DNA of 64,000 bases from Gemmatimonadota bacterium (GTDB taxonomy: Bacteria > Gemmatimonadota > Gemmatimonadetes > Gemmatimonadales > GWC2-71-9), in contig JAZDCY010000004.1 in the NCBI GenBank assembly GCA_036679645.1, positions 31,733 through 95,732 on the forward strand, read 5' to 3'. The notes under the pieces were generated by a model. The model made no database searches and had not been told where the DNA came from. It saw only the letters and a program-made list of their open reading frames with translations. The position numbers and the translations under genes were made by a program. Positions 28,528 through 37,783 of this stretch are shown piece after piece; position 1 is the first letter of the stretch; each line of letters opens with the position of its first letter.

Positions 28528-29574
28528 ATGGCATTTTTGGGGCTTGGAAAAAAGGCGAAGACGATCGGGCTCGACATCGGGAGCGGTCTGATCAAGATGG
28601 CCGTGATCGATCACGGCACCGGTCGGCCCACGCTTGCGCAGGTGGCCGTGACGCCGGTGCTTGCCGACGCGATCGTCGAGGGCGAAATCATGGATCCCGG
28701 TGTGGTCTCGGAGGCCATCCGGGGCCTGTTCGTCACGGCCGGTGTCAAGCAGAAAAAGGTCGCCGTTGCAGTTGGAGGCCGGGACGTGATCGTGAAGAAG
28801 ATCCAGGTCGATCGCATGAGCGAGACCGATGCGTTCGATGTCGTGCGGTGGGAGGCACAGCAGTATGTGCCTTTCGACATCGAGGGGGTCGAACTCGACT
28901 TTCAGGTGCTCGATCCGGATGGCGAGGGGCTCCAGATGGACGTGCTCCTCGTGGCGGCCAAGCGCGAGTTGGTCGAGACCAGAATCTCCCTCCTCTCTGA
29001 CGCGAACCTCGATGCCGAGATAGTGGACGTCGATGCCTTTGCGCTGCACAACGCCTTCGAGTTGAACTACCCCGACGCGATGGACGGGACCACGGCGCTG
29101 ATCAACATCGGACACGAGGTCACGAACGTGAACGTGGTGCAGGAGGGTGTGCCGCTCCTAACGCGGGATCTGAGTGTCGGGACGCGGAAGTTCCGTGAGG
29201 ATCTCCAACGCGAGCGTGGCATGTCGGCCGAAGACGCCGATCACCTGCTTCAGGGATTCGAGCGGAGCCCGGATCTCGATCCGTACGTGCAGAGCCGCGG
29301 CGACGAGATCGCGGTCGGTGTGGAGCGCGCGTCGGCTTTCCTCCAGACGGCGTCGCGGGAGACCGGGACGATCCAGCGCGTGTTCTGTTGCGGTGGCGGT
29401 GCCCGGATTCCGGGACTCACCGAGTTCATGAGTGAGCGGCTTCGGATGCCGGTGGATGTGGCCAATCCGTTGCAGGCGCTCGAGGTCAGCGAGGGGGCGT
29501 TCGGGACGTTGAACGTGGACGAGGTAGCGCCACTCCTGATGCAGTCGGTCGGGCTGGCGCTGCGGCAGACGTGA
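28528..29574 (+). CDS. pilM: Type IV pilus assembly protein PilM
   Basis: IGLDIGSG, EAQQYVPF, LVAAK, DVDAFAL, INIG, GGGA, VGLALR. Confidence 0.95.
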   Translation: MAFLGLGKKAKTIGLDIGSGLIKMAVIDHGTGRPTLAQVAVTPVLADAIVEGEIMDPGVVSEAIRGLFVTAGVKQKKVAVAVGGRDVIVKKIQVDRMSETDAFDVVRWEAQQYVPFDIEGVELDFQVLDPDGEGLQMDVLLVAAKRELVETRISLLSDANLDAEIVDVDAFALHNAFELNYPDAMDGTTALINIGHEVTNVNVVQEGVPLLTRDLSVGTRKFREDLQRERGMSAEDADHLLQGFERSPDLDPYVQSRGDEIAVGVERASAFLQTASRETGTIQRVFCCGGGARIPGLTEFMSERLRMPVDVANPLQALEVSEGAFGTLNVDEVAPLLMQSVGLALRQT

Positions 29575-29590
29575 TGCGAGGCGGATCACC

Positions 29591-30268
29591 ATGATACGCA
29601 TCAACCTCCTTCCGGGGGGACAGCGGCGGCGGCGTGTCGGGGGTGGGTTCCAGCTCCCTTCGGTCGGCGACCTGCTCGGGAAGATCAAGGAACCGCTGCT
29701 CTTGGGAGCAATGGGGTCGTGGGTTGTCGGGGTAGTGGTTGTTGGCGCGCTATGGTTCATGCAAGCGGGCGAGAGCGACGAGCTGGTGACCCGGCTGGAG
29801 CAACTCGAGGGACAGGAACGGCGGTTCCGCCGCATGATTTCTCGGAAGGCTCACGCGGTGAACATCCGCGATTCGCTCGTCGCCCAGCTCGAGGCCATTC
29901 GCGAGATAGACGGCGACCGGTATGTCTGGCCACACGTGCTCGAAGAGGTGACGAAAGCGCTGCCGGACTTCACCTGGCTCGTATCCATTGACGCGGTCAC
30001 GTCGACGTTCGACGCGCTTGCGGATACGACGGTCCGGCCACCGGTGCGATTCACGATCGATGGACGCACATCCGACATCTCCGCGTACACGCGGTTCGTC
30101 AGCCAGCTGACCAACTCCCCGTGGGTGAGCTCCGCCGAGTTCGGCCCCATCCAGTCGGTGATCGAGCAGGATAGGCCGGTCCAGGCTTTCACGGTGACCG
30201 TGACCTTCCAGCAAGCCGACCCGCGTTTCCTGCGTACCGTGCCCCTCCAGGGGCCGGTGATCCAGTAG
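29591..30268 (+). CDS. pilN: PilN
   Basis: INLLP N-terminal motif, TM segment, coiled coil, LP..WL. Confidence 0.9.
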   Translation: MIRINLLPGGQRRRRVGGGFQLPSVGDLLGKIKEPLLLGAMGSWVVGVVVVGALWFMQAGESDELVTRLEQLEGQERRFRRMISRKAHAVNIRDSLVAQLEAIREIDGDRYVWPHVLEEVTKALPDFTWLVSIDAVTSTFDALADTTVRPPVRFTIDGRTSDISAYTRFVSQLTNSPWVSSAEFGPIQSVIEQDRPVQAFTVTVTFQQADPRFLRTVPLQGPVIQ

Positions 30269-30277
30269 GAGGCCTAT

Positions 30278-30895
30278 ATGGCGATGAGTGCTAAGGAGCG
30301 GAAGCAGCTCCTCGGAATCCTGATCGTCCTTCCGGTGCTCGGCATCGCGGCGTTCTGGAACTACGTGCGCAAGCCGCGCATCGACGCCGCCGCCGAGACG
30401 AGTCTCAAGATCGACTCACTCCAAGCGGCAGTGGACACGGCTCGCGCCGATCTCCAGCGCGGCACGGTAGAAGATCTGCAGTTCCGCATAGACGACTACC
30501 AGGCCAGCCTGGATTTGATGCGCCAGCTCGTCCCGACGGGCGCCGAGGTGGCGAGTCTGATCAATGACATCTCCGACCGCGCCAAGCTGCGCAACGTGCA
30601 CATCGCCGACCTGTCACCGCTGGGGTACGGCGAAGGCACCCGGTTCCGGGTTGCGCGATACCGGTTCGTTGTGCTCGGGCACTACGACGATGTCGGCGGA
30701 TTCTTGTCGGACATCGCCTCGTTGCCGCGCATCATGGTCCCGACCGGATTGACCATCCAGATCGCGACGGACCAGACCGCCGTATCGCTCGGCGACACGA
30801 CGGGATCGATGCTCCAGGCAACGTTCGAATTGCGCACGTTCGTCAAGCAGTCCGAGGTCGAACTGGAGGAAGGGGGCGCCGGTGGCGGCCCGTAA
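30278..30895 (+). CDS. pilO: PilO
   Basis: TM plus coiled coil, LVP..EV..L, G.Y..VG.FL..IASLPRI. Synteny. Confidence 0.9.
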   Translation: MAMSAKERKQLLGILIVLPVLGIAAFWNYVRKPRIDAAAETSLKIDSLQAAVDTARADLQRGTVEDLQFRIDDYQASLDLMRQLVPTGAEVASLINDISDRAKLRNVHIADLSPLGYGEGTRFRVARYRFVVLGHYDDVGGFLSDIASLPRIMVPTGLTIQIATDQTAVSLGDTTGSMLQATFELRTFVKQSEVELEEGGAGGGP

Positions 30896-31379
30896 GGCAG
30901 GCGCGTGGATCGCGACGGCCCTGTTGGCGGCCTGCGGTGGGGGTGGGGGTGGGGGTGGTGGCGACGACGCGTCGGCCGGGACTCCGGCGGCGACGCCCGA
31001 GGTGCAGGCGGCGGTCCAAGATACGACGATACCGCAACAGGACACGACGGAAACACAGCTGGTGCGCGAGGCGTTCGCGTACCGCGGTGCGGGCCGGGAT
31101 CCATTCATGTCCCTGCTGCGATCGGGCGATGTGCGGCCGCTGCCGCAGGATCTGCGGGTGCGAGCGATCAACTTCGATCCGCGCTATCCCCGGCGCAGCG
31201 TCGTCACTCTTCAGGATACGACGTCAGACCGTCGCTACACATTGCGTCTCGGCGACCAAGTCGGTCGCTTGCGGATCACTCAGATCCGAGAGACCGAGAT
31301 CGTGATCACGATCGAGGAATTCGGCGTCGAGAGGCAGATCGTACTGCCGATTCGTCGCCTGCGGGAGGACTCAAGATGA
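30882..31379 (+). CDS. pilP: PilP-like lipoprotein
   Basis: Lipobox LLAAC, RDPF motif, located between pilO and pilQ. Confidence 0.75.
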   Translation: MAARKAGAWIATALLAACGGGGGGGGGDDASAGTPAATPEVQAAVQDTTIPQQDTTETQLVREAFAYRGAGRDPFMSLLRSGDVRPLPQDLRVRAINFDPRYPRRSVVTLQDTTSDRRYTLRLGDQVGRLRITQIRETEIVITIEEFGVERQIVLPIRRLREDSR

Positions 31380-33166
31380 AGCGGACCTTCGTTCTCGCGG
31401 CCGCCGGGCTGTTGCTGGCCGCGCCTCCGATTCTCGCCGCCGGCCCCGGTGAAGTCACGGCCGTGAGCGTGGTTCCGGGCGCCGGGCGGGCGCATGTCCT
31501 CATCGACGTGCTTGGCGATGTGACCTATGAGGACTTCACGCTGGCGAATCCGGCGCGCGTGGTCATCGACGTGACCGGCGCCACGCTGGCCAGCGCTGCC
31601 GCTCTCTATGACGGTGTCAACCGGGGCGGGATCGTCGACCTGCGATATGCGCAGTTCCGCCCCGACGTCGTGCGCATCGTCCTCGAGCTCGAGTCGCTGC
31701 GCGCTTACGACATAGAGCACGTAGATGGCGCAATCCGGCTCTCGCTCGGGACCGATCGCTCGTTTGCAGCGTGGTCCACACTCGAGCCGCGCGCGCTGGC
31801 CGAGGTCGCCGCGGGTGGCTTGTCTGGCTCACCGTATGCACTCGACGACTTCGAGGATGCCGCACAGCAGCAGGGGCAACAGCCACGCATTACTGTCACC
31901 TACGACTCGGCCTCGATCGCCGACGTCATGGCGGGGTTCGCGGCGTTCAGCGGGCGCTCGATCATCCTCGGGAAGAACGTGGCGGGTTTTGTTACGGCAG
32001 AGATCCGCAACCAGCCATGGGATGTCGCCTTCCGGTCGATTCTCGAGTCGCAGGGCCTCACCGCCATAGAAGAGGTGTCGGGCATCCTCCGGGTGGATGA
32101 CCGCGAGGTCATCGCGGCGCGCGACTCGCTCGAGCCGGTCCGGACCAAGCTCCTGCGGATGAATTACGCGCGGGCGTTGTCACTCGTTCCGGTGGTGCAG
32201 TCCCTGCTCACCGCTCGCGGGAAAGTGGTTGCCGACACCGCCACGAACACGTTGATCCTCACCGACGTCGAGAGCCGCATTGTGGAGGACTCGGCGCTCA
32301 TCGCGCAGCTCGACGTACGGACACCGCAGGTCTCGATTCAGGCCAAGTTGATCTTCGTCGATCGGACGGACATCGAGAATCTTGGAGTGCGGTACGACCT
32401 GGGGACATCCCGGCAGTTCTTCAACGAGCTCGTCGCACGTCCGGATCCTTCGTCGGCTGAACCAGTCGATGCCGACGGGAACGGCATTCCGGAGGCTTTT
32501 CAGCCGACGGAGTTCTTCCCCGCAGATACCAGGATCATTGACCTGGGCGGAAATGCGCTTTCGGCCATTGGGAATGCGAGCGCGACGATCACCAACCCGG
32601 CGCTGCAACTCGTGTTCTCCACGGCTATCGGGAGCTTCAACCTGACATCGTTCCTCGAGGCGCTGCAACAGGTAGATCTGGCCGATCTGCAGGCTGAGCC
32701 GCTGATCACGACCGCGGACAACACCGAGGCGGAGATCCTCGTTGGTGAAGAGACGCCGGTGCGGCAGATCGATGCTGGTTCACAGGGTCAGGGAACGGCA
32801 CGGGCGGTGACGCAGTTTGTCACGACCGGCATCAACCTGCGTGTCACCCCGCACGTGACCGCCGATCGCAAGATTCTGCTCAAGGTGCACGCAGAGAATT
32901 CTTCGGTGCAGACCGGTCTGCCGGACATTGGGTTCACGTTCCGCCGCCAGCGCGCCGACAACCTGATTCTAGTGAACGATGGAGAGACGGCGGTCGTTGG
33001 CGGTCTCACGGTGACCGATATCACGGTCCAAAAAACCGGGATCCCGTTTCTTGTAGATCTACCGATCATCGGTAGGATCTTCGGTTTCACCTCGCGCCGC
33101 GAACAGCGCAGGGATCTGTTGATCCTGGTGACGCCTCATATCATCGACGAAGCGTCCGAGAATTAG
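31376..33166 (+). CDS. pilQ: Type IV pilus secretin PilQ (AMIN + secretin)
   Basis: AMIN domain (NPARVVID), PWD.AF, D..TNTLI, QVSIQAK, DGETAVVGGL, PFL.DLP.IG..F, LILVTPHI. Confidence 0.93.
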   Translation: MKRTFVLAAAGLLLAAPPILAAGPGEVTAVSVVPGAGRAHVLIDVLGDVTYEDFTLANPARVVIDVTGATLASAAALYDGVNRGGIVDLRYAQFRPDVVRIVLELESLRAYDIEHVDGAIRLSLGTDRSFAAWSTLEPRALAEVAAGGLSGSPYALDDFEDAAQQQGQQPRITVTYDSASIADVMAGFAAFSGRSIILGKNVAGFVTAEIRNQPWDVAFRSILESQGLTAIEEVSGILRVDDREVIAARDSLEPVRTKLLRMNYARALSLVPVVQSLLTARGKVVADTATNTLILTDVESRIVEDSALIAQLDVRTPQVSIQAKLIFVDRTDIENLGVRYDLGTSRQFFNELVARPDPSSAEPVDADGNGIPEAFQPTEFFPADTRIIDLGGNALSAIGNASATITNPALQLVFSTAIGSFNLTSFLEALQQVDLADLQAEPLITTADNTEAEILVGEETPVRQIDAGSQGQGTARAVTQFVTTGINLRVTPHVTADRKILLKVHAENSSVQTGLPDIGFTFRRQRADNLILVNDGETAVVGGLTVTDITVQKTGIPFLVDLPIIGRIFGFTSRREQRRDLLILVTPHIIDEASEN

Positions 33167-33197
33167 ACGGAGCCCAGAGGAAACGGGGCCGACTTCT

Positions 33198-35651
33198 ATG
33201 ATGAGAACTCTTCGCCGGACTGGCCTGACCCTGACGGGCACGCTGCTGCTTGCCGCGTGTAACCAGCAGCCGATCAACCCGATCGGCGTGTCTCAGGACA
33301 CGCAGGGGCCCGTCCTTACGATCTCCAAGACGGCAGGGGATACCATCACCGTCTCAGACGGGATCACCTTCTCGGTTGGTGCGTCCGACAACCTGGGTCT
33401 GTTGACCGTCTCCATTGCCATGACTGGTGGGTTCACCGGCCGGGTCGATACGACGTTCAACACGGCGGTCACGTCGGCCAGCATCCCCGTGGCGATCCCG
33501 CTGCCGGAGAATACGACGGCGGGCGGAACGATCCTCATCACGGCGACCGCGGTCGACGGCAATGACAACGTGACGACGGCCATCGATTCCATCTTCCTCG
33601 TCAACAGTCAGGCGCTCACGGTCCGCCTGCTGCGGCCCAGCGCCGCGGCGGTGACTTCGTCCGGTCTGCAGATGCTGATCGAGGTGCAGGCTTCGCAGAA
33701 ATCGGGCGTGCGCACAATCGGCTACACCGTGGCCGGGGTGGTGACAGATTCGAACTCGACCGGGTTCGCGTCCCCGCTACCGGACTCAGGGTCGTTTATC
33801 GATACGTTGTTGGTTCCGAGCAATACCAACGACGGTACGTTCGACATCGTGGGATTTGCTCAGGATTCCTCCGCACGCCGCGCATCGAGTTCACCGGTCA
33901 CCGTGACGGTGCAGTCGGTGCAGAACGATCAAGATCCGCCGCTCGTCACGGTCCAGATTCTGGGCCGTGTCGAAGTGCGCGATTCGATAACCGTCCGGGC
34001 TACAGATCCAAGTGGGATTCAGACGATTGGCTGGGAGGCGCGGGAGATCATCGGCGGAACGGTGGTGGGCGGCGGTACGACCACGGTGGGTGGTTCGCTG
34101 ACAGAGGCCACACAGCAATACAACCTGGATTTCAACTTCGCGATACTTCCTCAGACGGTGGAAATCAGGGCGTTCGGGATAGACGCAAACGGCAACCGCG
34201 GCGAAACGAGTCTCGATGGAGTCCTGGCTACCGCGTCCGGTAAAGTCGATACAACAATCGTCGTGTTTGGGATCACCAAGCCGCTCCCGGTGGGTGGGCG
34301 CGTGGCGGACGCCATATACAACCGCAACCTGAATGAAGTGTACCTGACCAACGTCGAGCTAAATCGGCTGGAGATCTTCCAGGTCACCGACACGTCGTTC
34401 GTCGCGAGCGGGATCCCAATTGGGTCGCGGCCCTGGGGCATCGCACTCTGGCCACAGGATACGCTCGGCGCCAACGCCAACCTTGTCATGGTCGCGAACT
34501 CCGGCGGAACGAACATCTCGATCGTCGATGTCGGAGCACGCCAGGAAGTTCGGCGGCATACCGTTCCGAACTTCATCATCGAGTTCGTGCAAACGGAGCT
34601 CGACCCGGCAACGAATACCATCAAGATCAAGATCGAGCGGCAGGAGTTCTCCGACCGACCACAGAACATCGGTGCGGTCTGTCTCCCAACGACCGGGACG
34701 ACGACGTGCGCGGCGGACAGCATCTATGCGGTATACTCCACCACGCCCACGATCAGCCAGTTCGGAACCGACTTTTCGCAGCGTGGCTCCGTCCGGTGGG
34801 AGAACCTGACAGCCGGTACACCGCAATCGCATTTCTTCTGGGAACATTCCGGCGTGCCGCCGTCACCAGATTCGGACACGCTCCAGGTGATAGTGGACCG
34901 CGGTGCTGCGGTGGCTACCGATACGGTTCTCTCGGCCGCATGCGGTGTAACTGTGGATCGGCGCGCCATAGCGTTCGCGGACACGACCTTCGTGCGGAAC
35001 TCCGGGAACTTCACCCGCGCAATCGTCGGTGAGGGCGGCATCATCGAGCCGTCGCTCGGGTTCGGCCGCGCACTCACATACGACGTGAACGGTGGGATCA
35101 CGCAAGCCGCGTGCGCCGCCGTTGTCGTAGGCGTCAACTTCACCGGCCGGATCGAGACTGATGTCGGGATCTCCGCGCCGCGCCGCGCATTCGACTTGAT
35201 CGGGAATACCGGCGTAGCCGTCCGGGGTGTGGCCGTGAACTTCAACGGACTCACCAATCTCCTACGGGCCGACTCCGTCTACGTGATCGATGAAGACCTG
35301 AAGCTCGTGGGACTCGTACCGGTCGCCGGTGGGAACCCCGGGATGGACCTGAACTTCAACCATGCTTTCGACGCCAAGTCGGCGGGAACGCCCACGTTCG
35401 GCGGCACGGGTGACCCCAACGACAGGCTGCTCTTTGCGGCCACGGACGGGCCGAACATCGAGGTCTTCGACACGTTCTTCTACGGTCTCGTGGCCACGAT
35501 CCCAATTCGCGACCCCGTCATCGGACCGCTCCGCGTGGCACGTCTCGGCACGGGCGAACAGTTCCTCATCGGTGTCACCGCACGCGGCGTCGTGACCATC
35601 CGGTTGCCGGCCGTTGCGAATACGTTCCCCATCGTCGCGGGTGGCCGGTAG
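33198..35651 (+). CDS. Large lipoprotein with Ig-like repeats and a YVTN-like beta-propeller
   Basis: Lipobox LLAAC, Thr/Val-rich D..P.V.I repeats, IPIGSRPWGIAL..VANSGGTNISIVD. Confidence 0.6.
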   Translation: MMRTLRRTGLTLTGTLLLAACNQQPINPIGVSQDTQGPVLTISKTAGDTITVSDGITFSVGASDNLGLLTVSIAMTGGFTGRVDTTFNTAVTSASIPVAIPLPENTTAGGTILITATAVDGNDNVTTAIDSIFLVNSQALTVRLLRPSAAAVTSSGLQMLIEVQASQKSGVRTIGYTVAGVVTDSNSTGFASPLPDSGSFIDTLLVPSNTNDGTFDIVGFAQDSSARRASSSPVTVTVQSVQNDQDPPLVTVQILGRVEVRDSITVRATDPSGIQTIGWEAREIIGGTVVGGGTTTVGGSLTEATQQYNLDFNFAILPQTVEIRAFGIDANGNRGETSLDGVLATASGKVDTTIVVFGITKPLPVGGRVADAIYNRNLNEVYLTNVELNRLEIFQVTDTSFVASGIPIGSRPWGIALWPQDTLGANANLVMVANSGGTNISIVDVGARQEVRRHTVPNFIIEFVQTELDPATNTIKIKIERQEFSDRPQNIGAVCLPTTGTTTCAADSIYAVYSTTPTISQFGTDFSQRGSVRWENLTAGTPQSHFFWEHSGVPPSPDSDTLQVIVDRGAAVATDTVLSAACGVTVDRRAIAFADTTFVRNSGNFTRAIVGEGGIIEPSLGFGRALTYDVNGGITQAACAAVVVGVNFTGRIETDVGISAPRRAFDLIGNTGVAVRGVAVNFNGLTNLLRADSVYVIDEDLKLVGLVPVAGGNPGMDLNFNHAFDAKSAGTPTFGGTGDPNDRLLFAATDGPNIEVFDTFFYGLVATIPIRDPVIGPLRVARLGTGEQFLIGVTARGVVTIRLPAVANTFPIVAGGR

Positions 35652-35834
35652 ACGCGGCTCTGGCGGACAGTTGGCGCACGGAGCCCGGCCGGTCGGTCGG
35701 GCTCTCGTGTTGGTAGGTAGGCTGTCCGGCTGCCAAGGAGACGGTCTAGCGGCAGGTGGCGCGCCGAGTGTAGTGTTGCTGCGTGCTCGTCTCCGGTTCC
35801 ATAGCCATCCCAGTCACGCGCTGAGCGTCCCCGC

Positions 35835-37028
35835 ATGATCCGTTTCACCACCGCTGGCGAATCACATGGCAAGGCTCTGGTAGCGATCCTCGAGGGTGTG
35901 CCTGCGGGGCTTGCGCTGCGCGCCGATCAGATCGACCGCGAGTTGCGGCGGCGGCAGATGGGACACGGGCGCGGCGCCCGGATGAAGATCGAGGCCGACG
36001 CGGTCGAGATCCTGAGCGGCGTGCGGGCCGGCGAGACGATTGGGTCTCCCATCGCGTTGCTCGTGCGTAATCGTGACTGGGACAATTGGGTGGATATCAT
36101 GTCACCCGAGCCGGATCCGGACGGGGTGGAGCGACGTAGGCAGCTGTTACGTCCCCGACCGGGGCACGCCGATCTGACCGGTGTCCTGAAGTATGACCGC
36201 ACCGACGCCCGCGACGTGCTGGAGCGCGCCAGCGCCCGCGAGACAGCGGCACGCGTGGCGTGTGGCGCTGTCTGTCGCGTTCTCCTTGACGAGTTCGGGA
36301 TCGTGGTCGGCAGCCACGTGGCCGAACTCGGCGACGTCCGCGCCACGCTGCCCGATCCGCTCCCCGCCGATATCAATGGTGCCGCGGATGCATCGGCGGT
36401 CCGGTGCCTCGATGCGGCGGCAAGCGCCAGGATGGTCGAGCGCATCGATCAGGCAAAGAAACAGGGCGATACGCTGGGCGGCATTGTCGAGGTGATCGCC
36501 CGCGGCGTACCCGTGGGGTTGGGGTCGCACGTCTCCTGGGACCGCAAGCTCGATGGCCGTCTTGCACGCGCGTTGATGTCCATTCCGGCGGTGAAAGGTG
36601 TGGAGGTCGGTCTCGGGTTTGACACGGCACGCCGCCCCGGCTCCCAGGTGCACGACGAGATCGTCCTGGGCGGGACGCCCGCGGCTGGAGGGTTCGGACG
36701 AACGACGAATCGGGCCGGCGGTCTCGAGGGCGGGATGACCACCGGGCAGCCCCTCACACTGCGCGTCGCAATGAAGCCCATCTCCACGTTGATGCGCCCG
36801 CTCGGGACGGTCGACCTGCGCTCCGGCGAACCCGCGCAGGCGCAGTCCGAGCGCTCCGATGTCACCGCGGTGCCGGCGATGGGAGTGATCGCAGAGGCCA
36901 TGGTAGGGATCGTGCTCGCCGACGCCATGGTCGAGAAGTTCGGCGGAGACTCCATGACCGAGATGCGCGCGGCCCACGAGGGGTACCTCCAGCGGCTCAC
37001 CGCACGGCTCGACGCTCTCGCCGACTAG
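35835..37028 (+). CDS. aroC: Chorismate synthase
   Basis: TAGESHG, RPGHAD, ERASARET, GGLEGG, MKPIST, RSD. Confidence 0.97.
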   Translation: MIRFTTAGESHGKALVAILEGVPAGLALRADQIDRELRRRQMGHGRGARMKIEADAVEILSGVRAGETIGSPIALLVRNRDWDNWVDIMSPEPDPDGVERRRQLLRPRPGHADLTGVLKYDRTDARDVLERASARETAARVACGAVCRVLLDEFGIVVGSHVAELGDVRATLPDPLPADINGAADASAVRCLDAAASARMVERIDQAKKQGDTLGGIVEVIARGVPVGLGSHVSWDRKLDGRLARALMSIPAVKGVEVGLGFDTARRPGSQVHDEIVLGGTPAAGGFGRTTNRAGGLEGGMTTGQPLTLRVAMKPISTLMRPLGTVDLRSGEPAQAQSERSDVTAVPAMGVIAEAMVGIVLADAMVEKFGGDSMTEMRAAHEGYLQRLTARLDALAD

Positions 37029-37037
37029 AGCCACCAC

Positions 37038-37568
37038 GTGGCGCGGCATGTGATTCTCGTGGGGTTGCCCGGAGCCGGTAAGACTACGGTCGGAGCCCTC
37101 GCAGCGGCCCGGCTGGGTACTTGGTTCCTGGATCTGGACGAAGAGATCGAACGGCGGGAGGCGACGTCAATCACGCGGATTTTCGCGGACCGGGGTGAAG
37201 TCGTGTTCCGTGATCTCGAGCGCCAGGTCATGGCGGACGCGCTCGCACGCAACCCTGGGGTGATAGCGGCGGGCGGGGGATGGGCCGCGCAGCCCGGGAA
37301 TATGAGTGCCGCCCGGGGGGAAGGGAGAACGCTCATGCTATACCTTAATACAGGTACCGAAACGGCCGCGGCGCGCACTGCGGGAACGACCCACAGGCCA
37401 CTGCTCGGGAGCGGGGGCGTGGGCGACCATCGCGCCGCCCTCGACGAGCTGTTAGCCCGGCGCGGGTCCTTCTACCGGGAGGCCGATGCCACGATCGAGA
37501 CCGACGAACGGACGGCCGACGAAGTGGCTGCCGAGGTCGTGGCGCTTGCGCATGCCATCGGGGTGTAG
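37038..37568 (+). CDS. aroK: Shikimate kinase
   Basis: GLPGAGKTTVG, D.D..IE, GE..FR, GGG, RPLL. Confidence 0.92.
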   Translation: MARHVILVGLPGAGKTTVGALAAARLGTWFLDLDEEIERREATSITRIFADRGEVVFRDLERQVMADALARNPGVIAAGGGWAAQPGNMSAARGEGRTLMLYLNTGTETAAARTAGTTHRPLLGSGGVGDHRAALDELLARRGSFYREADATIETDERTADEVAAEVVALAHAIGV

Positions 37569-37783
37569 TAATAATGCGCCCCGACCGGTCCCGGGCTCAC
37601 CGCCCGGTTTGGCGTTGTAAGTAGTTGTTTTGCAATGTTTTGTCTTGTCGGCCTAGCTGGGGGTTGCGGGTCCCGTCTGGGCCGTTGCGGTCTGTGGACC
37701 CCGGGGTTGAGCGATTGTTGATGCGGACACGTAATGGATGGGGCGCGACACTCGGACGGCCCGCGTAGGAACAGCGAGAAACC

